Source: an uncultured virus (IMG/VR IMGVR_UViG_3300032030_000025)
Lineage: Duplodnaviria; Heunggongvirae; Uroviricota; Caudoviricetes
Length of the DNA stretch: 59,373 nt
IMG/VR virus record: IMGVR_UViG_3300032030_000025
Location: 62,001 to 121,373 of that record
Reading direction: 5' to 3' (one strand)
The translations under genes were made by a program, and so were the position numbers. This document shows positions 18,815-27,304 of this stretch, one piece after another (the first letter of the stretch is position 1; each line of letters begins with the position of its first letter). The notes below the pieces were generated by a model. That model was not told the DNA's origin. It saw nothing but the letters and a program-made list of their open reading frames with translations, and did no database searches.

Positions 18815-19735
18815 ATGTCTAATTTTGAATCAAACATTACACCAGATGATGTTATTGAGCAGTTGAACAATGCTGCAAAACCAAAGAATTTTGTTTCTTT
18901 TGACCCAAAGAATTACTTGAACACCAAATTAGAGAACGGTGAATCTAGCAAAACTATCACTATTAGGCTTCTTCCTATAAACAAGGATGGAGGTTTTCCT
19001 TTTCAAAAAGTTCATATGCATACAATTAAGGTAAACAAAGAGGTTTCTCCAAGCGGTTGGAAGACATTGCCATGTCCTATCCAAAACGAGCTTGGTGACA
19101 CTTGCCCATTCTGTGAGGTATCAAACCAAGCGTATGAAATGAAGAAAAAGGCAACAAACGACTCTGAAAAGAAGAAGTACGATGAAATCAATATGCACAA
19201 CAGAGCAAGGACAATGTATGTTGTAAGGTGCATAGAACGTGACCACGAGAATGATGGTGTTAAGTTTTGGCTTATGTCAGGCGCAAAGGAAGGCCCTTAT
19301 GAGAAGATTATGAAGCTTTGGTCAGCTCGTTACAAGCAAGGATTGAAGATGAACCAAAATCTGAATATTTTTGACTTGAACAATGGATACGATTTGGAGG
19401 TTACTATCAGCAAAGGTACTGATGGAAAGAACGTTTATTCAGTTGTAGACTCAAAGTTTGCCTCTCCATTGACAAATGATTTCGAGCTTGGAAACAAGTG
19501 GATTAATGATGAAAAGAAGTGGTCTGACGTATATAAGGTCAAGCCTTATGATTATATGTCTATTCTTCTTGACGGTGATGTGCCTTATTTCAATAAGGAA
19601 AAGAATTGTTATGTTGGAAAGCTTGCGGAAAGTAATGGTAATCAAGAAGAGGAAACTCAAGATGATGACCCAGAACCAATTGAGTTTCCTCCTTATTCTG
19701 CACCTTCAACAGAAGACACTGACCTTCCATATTAA
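18815..19735 (+). CDS. ssb: Single-stranded DNA-binding protein, T4 gp32-like
   Basis: TIRLLP, H...CP...CPFCE Zn motif, GVKFW, DLNNGYDLEV, acidic tail ending DTDLPY; ATG 18815 preferred since 18695-18814 is a T-tract leader. Confidence 0.8.
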   Translation: MSNFESNITPDDVIEQLNNAAKPKNFVSFDPKNYLNTKLENGESSKTITIRLLPINKDGGFPFQKVHMHTIKVNKEVSPSGWKTLPCPIQNELGDTCPFCEVSNQAYEMKKKATNDSEKKKYDEINMHNRARTMYVVRCIERDHENDGVKFWLMSGAKEGPYEKIMKLWSARYKQGLKMNQNLNIFDLNNGYDLEVTISKGTDGKNVYSVVDSKFASPLTNDFELGNKWINDEKKWSDVYKVKPYDYMSILLDGDVPYFNKEKNCYVGKLAESNGNQEEETQDDDPEPIEFPPYSAPSTEDTDLPY

Positions 19736-20388
19736 TGCTATTTGACATGGTTACGAACAACAGTAGATTAGTTTTTAATTATGGCTCTATGAGTAGCGGC
19801 AAAAGCTTGAATTTGCTGATAAAGGCTCATAATTTGGATGAGAAGGGAATACCAATATTGGTAATAAAGCCATCTATAGACACAAGAGAGGAAGCAGCAG
19901 TAGTAAGGTCAAGAATTGGTATTGAACGCCCTTGCATTCTTGTTGACAAGAAGACTAATCTGTTCAATCTTGCGATTAAGAACAGATTTTGTAGAATAAT
20001 TCTTGTTGATGAATGCCAGTTTTTAACGGCACAACAAGTAGACCAATTGGCGAAGGTTGTAGATACAATCGGTATCAATGTAATTTGCTACGGCTTGCGT
20101 ACAGATTTTAAGTCACGTCTATTTGCTGGTTCAAAAAGACTATTTGAAATTGCAGATTCTATTGAGGAACTTAAGTCATATTGTGACTGCGGTAAAAAGG
20201 CAATAATAAATGCTCGATTTGATTCAAGCGGTAATATGATTGTTGATGGCGAACAGATTGTTATTGGTGGTGATGACACTTATAGAGCAATATGTAGGGA
20301 ATGTTTTTTTAATAATTTGAATAAAATAAGCATTAATAATGAAACAAGCAATAAAGAAGGGGACAACGATAAAGAAATTCAACCTTGA
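19735..20388 (+). CDS. tdk: Thymidine kinase
   Basis: YGSMSSGKS, KPSIDTR, SRIG, ILVDECQFL, YGLRTDF, C-terminal CDC...CREC. Confidence 0.95.
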   Translation: MLFDMVTNNSRLVFNYGSMSSGKSLNLLIKAHNLDEKGIPILVIKPSIDTREEAAVVRSRIGIERPCILVDKKTNLFNLAIKNRFCRIILVDECQFLTAQQVDQLAKVVDTIGINVICYGLRTDFKSRLFAGSKRLFEIADSIEELKSYCDCGKKAIINARFDSSGNMIVDGEQIVIGGDDTYRAICRECFFNNLNKISINNETSNKEGDNDKEIQP

Positions 20389-21538
20389 CGAATTAAAGGC
20401 AGAGATGGGTTATTCAAGAAAAGGTAATGACCTTGCAGCAAGTATTGCTGACAAACCAATGGACTTTATTCCAATGCCAAAGGCATTTAATGAAGCATTA
20501 AAACTTCCAGGTTTTCCAATGGGATATATGAGCATCATAACTGGTTGGTCAAACACTGGTAAGTCTACATTGGTTAATTGCCTTATTGCAAGCTGTATAA
20601 ACAATGGAATTCTTCCAGTTATTTATGATACAGAAAACAACTTTGACTTTTCGTATGCAATAGATTGTGGTATGAAGGCTACACCTGAATATGGTGATGT
20701 TGATGTTGAAACTGTTGATGAGGAAACAGGTGAGGTAACAGTAACTACAGAAAGACAGATTGTTGATTGGAATGGCGATTTCTTCTATTATAACAGTAGA
20801 AAATTGGCTGATACATATGGAATGAATGATTATGCAACTGGTAAGCAGACAACAAAGAAGAGAAATACTGCGGTTATTGAGGATATTGCATATTCTATAA
20901 ATGAATTCCTTGATAAGCAAGAAGATGGCAAAATACCTATGCCTATCTGCTTCATTTGGGACTCTGTTGGTTCAATCATTTCATTCAAGAGCCTTATGAG
21001 CAAAACAGGAAACAATATGTTTGACGCTGGTGCTTTAAGTTCAGCTTTCACGAACATTTTGAACAATAGGATTCCTACTTCAAGGAAGGTTTCTTCACCA
21101 TATACAAACTCGTTTGTGTGCGTCAACAAGATTTGGAATGATTCTATGAATAGTACAATGGGATTGCCTTCAATTGAACTCAAGGGCGGTAAAGCATTCT
21201 TCTATGCTGCAAGGCTCATCATCCACTTGGGAGGTGTGGCAAAGGCTGCGATTAAGAAGCTTAATGCAACTGTCAAGGGACAGACTTATACTTACGGTAC
21301 TGTCAGCAAGATTAAGGTTAACAAGAATCAGTTGCCAACACCTTACAACATTACATATGAAGGTGAAATAGCTTGTGTGCACAACGGTCTTTGCAGCATA
21401 GATGACATTGATGATTACAAGAAGAATAACATCAAGGACATCTTGAAGAGAATTGAGAGCATTGGTGACAGTAGTGTAAGTGACGATGATGCAAAATCAA
21501 TGGCATTTACCGAAGAGGAAACAACTGAAATATTCTGA
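20339..21538 (+). CDS. recA: RecA/UvsX-like recombinase
   Basis: Walker A GWSNTGKST, YDTEN, FIWDSVGS, VNKIW, KGGKAFFY, KVNKNQL. Confidence 0.85.
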   Translation: MKQAIKKGTTIKKFNLDELKAEMGYSRKGNDLAASIADKPMDFIPMPKAFNEALKLPGFPMGYMSIITGWSNTGKSTLVNCLIASCINNGILPVIYDTENNFDFSYAIDCGMKATPEYGDVDVETVDEETGEVTVTTERQIVDWNGDFFYYNSRKLADTYGMNDYATGKQTTKKRNTAVIEDIAYSINEFLDKQEDGKIPMPICFIWDSVGSIISFKSLMSKTGNNMFDAGALSSAFTNILNNRIPTSRKVSSPYTNSFVCVNKIWNDSMNSTMGLPSIELKGGKAFFYAARLIIHLGGVAKAAIKKLNATVKGQTYTYGTVSKIKVNKNQLPTPYNITYEGEIACVHNGLCSIDDIDDYKKNNIKDILKRIESIGDSSVSDDDAKSMAFTEEETTEIF

Positions 21539-21576
21539 AAAAAAAATGGCACTATATCAAATAGTGCCATTTTTTT
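21538..21576. terminator. Bidirectional intrinsic terminator
   Basis: A-run TGGCACTAT-ATCAA-ATAGTGCCA T-run between convergent genes. Confidence 0.8.
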
Positions 21577-21602
21577 GTGTATACATAATTTTTATAAATA
21601 TC

Positions 21603-22910
21603 TTATTCAGATTCCGTTTCAACAGTCCAACCATTTGGAATACCGTTTACACCTCTGACATTCCAAGTTGCTGCGCTGTTCTTAACAAAAGTACCACTTG
21701 ATGCAACACCAGACACCCAAGAATCGGTATATGCCGTTGATGGTGTCGTTGTGAACATAGCCTTTATATACTGTAATTTTGTACATCCTCTAAACATATA
21801 GCGGTAACATGATGTTGCTGTCAGAGACTTTATTAACAATGTAGGAGCCACTTCAAGTGATTTACAATCCTCGAACATTGAATATAATCCTTTTTCACCA
21901 CCATTAGTAGTAAATCCAGTTGCAGATATTTTTGGCGCTGAAACTAAATTAGTACAGCCCTTGAACATTTCGCAATAACCGCTTGTTGGTACTGTCAATG
22001 ATGGTAGATTTGGAGCTGACTTTAAAGATGTACATTCTTCGAACATAGCATCATAACAGCATTTAGCAAGGGTCGTAGATGAAAGCTGAGGTGCAATCAA
22101 AAGACTAGCACAGTTTTTAAACATAGCCTCATAACAGCTTTCTTTCATAATTTCACCATGCAATACTGGTGCAACAACAATACTTGTGCAATTTCCGAAC
22201 ATTCTGTGGTAGCAACTTTTTTTCAATTCAGTAGCAACTAGTGATGGCGCATTTATTAATCTTTCGCACCCCATAAACATCTCGAAATAGCAAAAATCAT
22301 TTATGTTTTCTGCCACAAGGAGTGGTGCTGTGTACATTTTGGCGCATTCATAGAACATACGGCAGTAGCAATTTATTGTCAAATCGTGAGATGGCATAAC
22401 CAACGTGTTTGCATTGACAACATTTGTTTTGTAAAACATCAAGTTGAAAGTACAAGAATCAATCAAACTTGTTTTATCTTCGAAGTCATCGTCATACAAT
22501 AATGACATTATATTTCCTTGTAAATTAAACATTGCAGTACTTGCACTGAAAACTCCTATTCCAGAATCTCTATCTGCAATTTCATATGAACCAATTCTAG
22601 GATATGGAACCATGTTTCCTTTCCACTTCACAACATCACCAGATTTTACATTTAATGATACTTGATTCTGATATTCAGACCATGTTTCACCATCGTCCAA
22701 CGAATATGCAATCATATTTACTTGTGAATCACCAGTAGTTCCACTGAATTCAAAAGTACCATCACTTACCGCAACAAAGGTCAAATAGTCACCGCCACTT
22801 TTCTTTAATATGTGAACAGTGTCTGTTTCTTCTGTATATGACATTAGTTTGTCTTCTGACGCATAATGAGTTCTTTCTTCGTCAGTGTCAAATTTCTTTA
22901 AATAAATCAT
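21603..22910 (-). CDS. Leucine-rich-repeat (BspA-like, AP.L.A..L...CY..MF..C.SL type) protein
   Basis: About 8 repeats of CYxxMFxxCxSLxxAPxL; C-cap WVSGVASSGTFVK...GIPNGWTV. Confidence 0.8.
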   Translation of the reverse strand: MIYLKKFDTDEERTHYASEDKLMSYTEETDTVHILKKSGGDYLTFVAVSDGTFEFSGTTGDSQVNMIAYSLDDGETWSEYQNQVSLNVKSGDVVKWKGNMVPYPRIGSYEIADRDSGIGVFSASTAMFNLQGNIMSLLYDDDFEDKTSLIDSCTFNLMFYKTNVVNANTLVMPSHDLTINCYCRMFYECAKMYTAPLLVAENINDFCYFEMFMGCERLINAPSLVATELKKSCYHRMFGNCTSIVVAPVLHGEIMKESCYEAMFKNCASLLIAPQLSSTTLAKCCYDAMFEECTSLKSAPNLPSLTVPTSGYCEMFKGCTNLVSAPKISATGFTTNGGEKGLYSMFEDCKSLEVAPTLLIKSLTATSCYRYMFRGCTKLQYIKAMFTTTPSTAYTDSWVSGVASSGTFVKNSAATWNVRGVNGIPNGWTVETESE

Positions 22911-22931
22911 AATATAAAAATATAATTTATA

Positions 22932-22938
22932 ATAAATA
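22932..22938 (-). promoter_or_regulatory. TATTTAT putative late promoter
   Basis: GATATTTAT on minus strand, 21 nt before ATG 22910. Confidence 0.55.
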
Positions 22939-23009
22939 TCATTTTATATACAATAAATTTTCCAGAAGTAATATTTTTTGTATATATTAGTTAAAAGTAA
23001 CATTTATTT

Positions 23010-23645
23010 ATGGCTAGAAATGCAGAAAAGGAAAAACAAGACATACAAGGAGAATCGGCAGTGCACGATTTCTTGAAAAAGCATTTTTATAATGAAGTAA
23101 AAAATCTGATAGAAGTTAATGAGAAAAATACCCAACTTAAGGGCATTGACACGATTTTTGAATATAACGGGTTTGAATACAAATGTGATGAAAAAGCTGC
23201 ATTGGACTTTACAAATGAACAGAAGGGAAGGAAATTGAATACCTTCTGCCTTGAATTGTCATTCTTGAGCAGAAGCGACTACAGAATGGAGGGTTGGTTC
23301 GTTAATGAAAGCTTGGAAAACAATTCATATCTGTTCGTTTGGGTTGACAAGTCGGATGAGAATGTCATACACAACGCAAGCGAGATAAGGGAAGCTGAAA
23401 TTGCATTGGTTCTGAAACAAGACATATATGACTACCTTTATACAATAGGATGGACGATTCCTTTGCTTAAGGTAAAGGATGAGAAAATAAGAAGCGGTAC
23501 TGACAAGAATTTCGGAAACATCAATGAGAATGGTTGTAAATTTGCATTTTCACCATATTTATCTGAAAAACCAATAAATATTCTACTTTCAAGGGATACA
23601 TATAGAAAAATGCCTCATACAATAAGTAAGAAAATATATTGCTGA
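23010..23645 (+). CDS. Putative PD-(D/E)XK nuclease-fold protein
   Basis: GE..V..FL, QLKGIDTIF, CDEKA, F.LELS, GWF motifs. Confidence 0.5.
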   Translation: MARNAEKEKQDIQGESAVHDFLKKHFYNEVKNLIEVNEKNTQLKGIDTIFEYNGFEYKCDEKAALDFTNEQKGRKLNTFCLELSFLSRSDYRMEGWFVNESLENNSYLFVWVDKSDENVIHNASEIREAEIALVLKQDIYDYLYTIGWTIPLLKVKDEKIRSGTDKNFGNINENGCKFAFSPYLSEKPINILLSRDTYRKMPHTISKKIYC

Positions 23646-24148
23646 TGAAAAAATATACTCAAGACAAAGAAATAATTAGTCTGTTTAGCATGAAAAAAAT
23701 AGACGATAATACAAAGAAAAGACTTCATAAGGCTATTGATGATAACAACTTTTACGAAATAAGAAAAATGACAGATGTTTTACTTGGGCAAGAAATATGG
23801 TTTGGCGATTATTTCGAAGGAGATGAGTTCAAGTTTTATGTCAACGGCTTTAGACATTATCAACCGACAAGAGAATCAATAGACAAATTCTTGCGAGATG
23901 AGAACAGAATTATAACTGATGGGAAATCATCAAAGATTTATAGTCCAGAAGAAATTTGGCAAATGGTTGATGACAGCAAGGGCGGCAAGACCATTGAGGA
24001 TGTTGTCAAGGAAATGTCCGAATCCCAACAAGCGCTTATTGACGCAGAGGAATGGATAAGACCTTATGGGTTGTCATATGAGGACATAGCGAAATACAAA
24101 CCTCGTTATAATGAATTTCATAATGATGGATTAAGATTTTATATATGA
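23645..24148 (+). CDS. Hypothetical protein
   Basis: ATG overlaps previous TGA (TGATG); stop overlaps next start (ATGA). Confidence 0.6.
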   Translation: MKKYTQDKEIISLFSMKKIDDNTKKRLHKAIDDNNFYEIRKMTDVLLGQEIWFGDYFEGDEFKFYVNGFRHYQPTRESIDKFLRDENRIITDGKSSKIYSPEEIWQMVDDSKGGKTIEDVVKEMSESQQALIDAEEWIRPYGLSYEDIAKYKPRYNEFHNDGLRFYI

Positions 24149-25299
24149 AGCAAGTAATAAGAAAATCAATCATAGAAGCTAACAATATAAAGACAGAAGA
24201 GAATATATATACTTTGGTTGTTGACGGTTCTAGTGTGCTTAAAACAGCATTGGTATCAACAAAACTCAACCAAGACGGTCTTGATTATGGTGCAATTATC
24301 AATTTCTTCAATATGATAAGACAAGTGATAGTCAAGCGAGATTTCTCAAAATGCTATGTGTTCTTTGACGATGACTTGAGTGGTCAGCTAAGGGCAGATA
24401 TTTACCCAGCTTATAAGGCGAATAGGGACAAGCACTACAATATAAACGAAACAGAATATGACAAGAAGATAAACGATTATGTAAAGAAAGTACTTGCTTA
24501 TTCACGAAACAAGAAAAAAGAATCAAAAAAAGTCCAATATGTAGAAACAGAGGATGAAAGGTACAGTAGGTGCAGAGATATTATAATTGAAATCTGCGAA
24601 GAACTGTACATTAGGGTATATATGGCGAAATATGTGGAAGCTGATGACTTGTGCGCATATGTTGTAAGACATAAGAAACCGAATGAAAAGATTGTTATCA
24701 TATCAAGCGATAGGGACTTGGCACAGCTTATATCCGATGACGTTTGCTTGTACGTACTTAACAAGAAAACTTATGTAATACCTTCAAACTGTGTGGAAGT
24801 ATTGGGATGCACTCACGAGAACATTGTTCTTAAAAAGATATTCTGTGGCGATGCTTCAGATAACATTGCTGGTATAAAAGGAGTTGGAGAAAAGACATTC
24901 TTCAGCCTATTTCCAGAAGCTGTGAACAACAAGATGCTTGTGGAAGATGTAATATCAAGGGCAAAGGAGATAAACGATGAACGCAAGAAGGAAAAGAAGA
25001 GACCTTTGAAGGCTTGTGAAAACATCATAAACAATGTGACTGAAGGTGTTCAAGGAAACAAGATATACGAGATAAACAAGAAGATAATATCACTTGAGGA
25101 ACCGTTGCTTACCGAAGAGGCAACAGAAACAATGAAAATGCTTACAGAATGCCCATTGGATGATGAGGGAAGAGATTTCAAGAATCTGTATAAGATAGCC
25201 CAAGAAAACAAGATTAATGACTTGTTGGATGATGGTAGACTTGGAGATTTCTTTGGGGCTTTCAACGGATTGATATATAGGGAAAAACATAATAAATAA
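24145..25299 (+). CDS. 5'-3' exonuclease / flap endonuclease (T4 RNase H, Pol I N-domain-like)
   Basis: LVVDG, FFD, YPAYKANR, EADD, SSDRDLAQL, GDASDNIAGIKGVGEKT. Confidence 0.9.
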   Translation: MKQVIRKSIIEANNIKTEENIYTLVVDGSSVLKTALVSTKLNQDGLDYGAIINFFNMIRQVIVKRDFSKCYVFFDDDLSGQLRADIYPAYKANRDKHYNINETEYDKKINDYVKKVLAYSRNKKKESKKVQYVETEDERYSRCRDIIIEICEELYIRVYMAKYVEADDLCAYVVRHKKPNEKIVIISSDRDLAQLISDDVCLYVLNKKTYVIPSNCVEVLGCTHENIVLKKIFCGDASDNIAGIKGVGEKTFFSLFPEAVNNKMLVEDVISRAKEINDERKKEKKRPLKACENIINNVTEGVQGNKIYEINKKIISLEEPLLTEEATETMKMLTECPLDDEGRDFKNLYKIAQENKINDLLDDGRLGDFFGAFNGLIYREKHNK

Positions 25300-25301
25300 A
25301 A

Positions 25302-25345
25302 ATAAAGCCAAATACTTGCAGTATATTGCTTGTATTTGGCTTTAT
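25302..25345. terminator. Hairpin/terminator between convergent genes
   Basis: ATAAAGCCAAATAC ... GTATTTGGCTTTAT 14-bp inverted repeat. Confidence 0.65.
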
Positions 25346-25354
25346 CTTTGCTTG

Positions 25355-26500
25355 TTATTGTTCTACCTTTGACCAACCATAATAACCTAAATAATAGTCA
25401 GCATTTTGCATCCAAGAATCATATCCACTACTTCCACTTGGAACATATAATGTACCATTAGTTTTAACGTCTCTGAATGTATTACTTTGTATTGTTGGTG
25501 CTGTAGTTGCTAATGAGGTTATGCTTGATAATTCATTACAACCTTGGAAAGAACCACTAGCAATACTTGTAACACTATCTGGTATTGTTATACTTGATAA
25601 TGAGGTACAATAATAGAAAGCACCATCACCAATACTTGTAACACTATTTCCTATTGTAACACTTGTTAATCCACTACAACCTTGGAAAGTAGCACTACTA
25701 ATACTTGTAAGACCACTGCCTATTGTTACACTTGTTAATCCACTACAATTTTGGAAAGCCGCATTACCCATATTTGTAACACTATTTGGTATGGTAATAC
25801 TTGTTAATGATGTACAACCATAGAAAGCATTACTACCAATGCTTGTAACACTATTACCTATTGTTATATTTGACAATCCACTACAATTATAGAAAGCACC
25901 AGCATCAATACTAGTAACACTATTAGGTATTGTTATACTTGTTAATCCACTGCAACCTTGGAAAGCACCATCACCAATACTTGTAACACTATTTCCTATT
26001 GTAACACTTGTTAATCCACCACAACCTTGGAAAGTAGCACTATTAATACTTGTAAGACCACTGCCTATTGTTACACTTGTTAATCCACTACAACTATTGA
26101 AAGCACTAGCACCAATACTTGTAACACTATTAGGTATGGTTACACTTGTTAATCCTCTACAACCACCAAAAACATAATTACCAATACTTGTAACACTATT
26201 TCCTATTGTAACACTTGTTAATCCACTACAACTATTGAAAGCACCAACACCAATACTTGTGCATAAATTACCTATTTCAGCATTGACTGTTGTTGATTTA
26301 TATTGACTTGTCATTGCATATGTCAATTCTCCACTGCCTTCAATTTCAACAATATCGCCATTATTAAGTGTTAATTTGCAGAAAAATGTTTTTGGGTGTA
26401 TATTCACTTTATTACTTTCAATTGTGTATGACAGATATTCGTATTTGTCTGTACATGCTTGTTTTTCTTCTTCTGTTTGAAATAATTTTATATGTACCAT
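25355..26500 (-). CDS. BspA-type LRR_5 leucine-rich-repeat protein
   Basis: About 11 tandem 23-aa repeats LTSVTIGNSVTSIGxxAFxxCSG; C-cap ATTAPTI...GTLYVPSGS..Y..W. Confidence 0.9.
   Translation of the reverse strand: MVHIKLFQTEEEKQACTDKYEYLSYTIESNKVNIHPKTFFCKLTLNNGDIVEIEGSGELTYAMTSQYKSTTVNAEIGNLCTSIGVGAFNSCSGLTSVTIGNSVTSIGNYVFGGCRGLTSVTIPNSVTSIGASAFNSCSGLTSVTIGSGLTSINSATFQGCGGLTSVTIGNSVTSIGDGAFQGCSGLTSITIPNSVTSIDAGAFYNCSGLSNITIGNSVTSIGSNAFYGCTSLTSITIPNSVTNMGNAAFQNCSGLTSVTIGSGLTSISSATFQGCSGLTSVTIGNSVTSIGDGAFYYCTSLSSITIPDSVTSIASGSFQGCNELSSITSLATTAPTIQSNTFRDVKTNGTLYVPSGSSGYDSWMQNADYYLGYYGWSKVEQ
25616..26093. repeat. 133-bp direct repeat inside the LRR gene (25616-25748 and 25961-26093)
   Basis: Two copies 345 bp (5 x 69) apart with 2 mismatches. 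Confidence 0.85.
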
Positions 26501-26521
26501 AATATAATTTCTTATTTATTC

Positions 26522-26528
26522 ATAAATA
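26522..26528 (-). promoter_or_regulatory. TATTTAT putative late promoter
   Basis: GATATTTAT on minus strand, 21 nt before ATG 26500. Confidence 0.55.
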
Positions 26529-26542
26529 TCTTGCTGAAAAAG

Positions 26543-26588
26543 AAAATTGACATCAGTCAGTAATTATTTTACACACTTGTGCCAAATT
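26543..26588 (-). repeat. Dispersed hairpin element, copy A (terminator-like)
   Basis: Minus strand AATTTGGCACAAGTGTGTAAAATAATTACTGACTGATGTCAATTTT; 40/47 identical to 34472-34518. Confidence 0.7.
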
Positions 26589-26591
26589 GTA

Positions 26592-27137
26592 TTATTTTAG
26601 TTTCTTTATTATATTATCCATTGAAAACACAACATAATCGGTACAGTAAACATCAGCTACTGGTGTTTCTCCTATATTTTTAAGTATTACTGAATCGTAG
26701 TTTACTAAACCGCTATTTACCATATTTTTGACAATGTATGGAATATCGCCAAATTCATATTCTTCTTCGGATTCCATAACATAATCCCATATTTGGGAAG
26801 GCATAATGCTTGTCAATTTTGGGTCGTTTGATTGACGTATTATTTCACCATTGTCATCCAAGTAGTACCACCACAATTTACCGCACCATTCATCATTTAC
26901 GTTAACAATCAATGGATTATTCAGTTGTATCAAATATCTTGACATTTTATCTCTTCCACCATGCGTAAAGTATTGTATTGGTTTATCTGAAAACCAAATA
27001 ACGTCAGAAAAATGTTCGTGAGCCAATTCTGAACCACCTCTATAAACAATAAATGTATTAGTGCTGTTATTGATATTCTCGAATATATATCTGTTTATTT
27101 CATTTGCAATGATATTATGTATTTTTTTTCTTTCCAT
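26592..27137 (-). CDS. ADP-ribosyltransferase-like protein (ART-PolyVal-like)
   Basis: VYRG...IWFSD...YLIQLNNPL...YDSVILKN..E......DYVVF..NI; ATG at 27137 (MERKKIHNII). Confidence 0.6.
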   Translation of the reverse strand: MERKKIHNIIANEINRYIFENINNSTNTFIVYRGGSELAHEHFSDVIWFSDKPIQYFTHGGRDKMSRYLIQLNNPLIVNVNDEWCGKLWWYYLDDNGEIIRQSNDPKLTSIMPSQIWDYVMESEEEYEFGDIPYIVKNMVNSGLVNYDSVILKNIGETPVADVYCTDYVVFSMDNIIKKLK

Positions 27138-27158
27138 AATCAACAATCAATATATCAA

Positions 27159-27165
27159 ATAAATA
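27159..27165 (-). promoter_or_regulatory. TATTTAT putative late promoter
   Basis: ACTATTTAT on minus strand, 21 nt before ATG 27137. Confidence 0.55.
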
Positions 27166-27209
27166 GTATTGTAGGCGGCAATTATGTTAAAAAAAAATTA
27201 ACATTTAAT

Positions 27210-27240
27210 TTTGTTTTTGTTTTTTTTTCGTATATATTCG
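27210..27240 (+). promoter_or_regulatory. Bacteroidetes-type sigma70 promoter (one mismatch)
   Basis: TTTG(27210-27213)-N19-TATATTCG(27233-27240) versus consensus TTTG-N19-21-TAnnTTTG. Confidence 0.5.
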
Positions 27241-27304
27241 TTGTGTTAACTAATGTTAAATCGAGAGTTATTTTTTAAACGTTTAATTTTAATTTTTAAC
27301 GATT

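Noticed and set aside
25616..26093. DGR template/variable repeat pair in the LRR gene
   Set aside because: No reverse transcriptase in the window; both copies are coding and the adenine differences run in both directions
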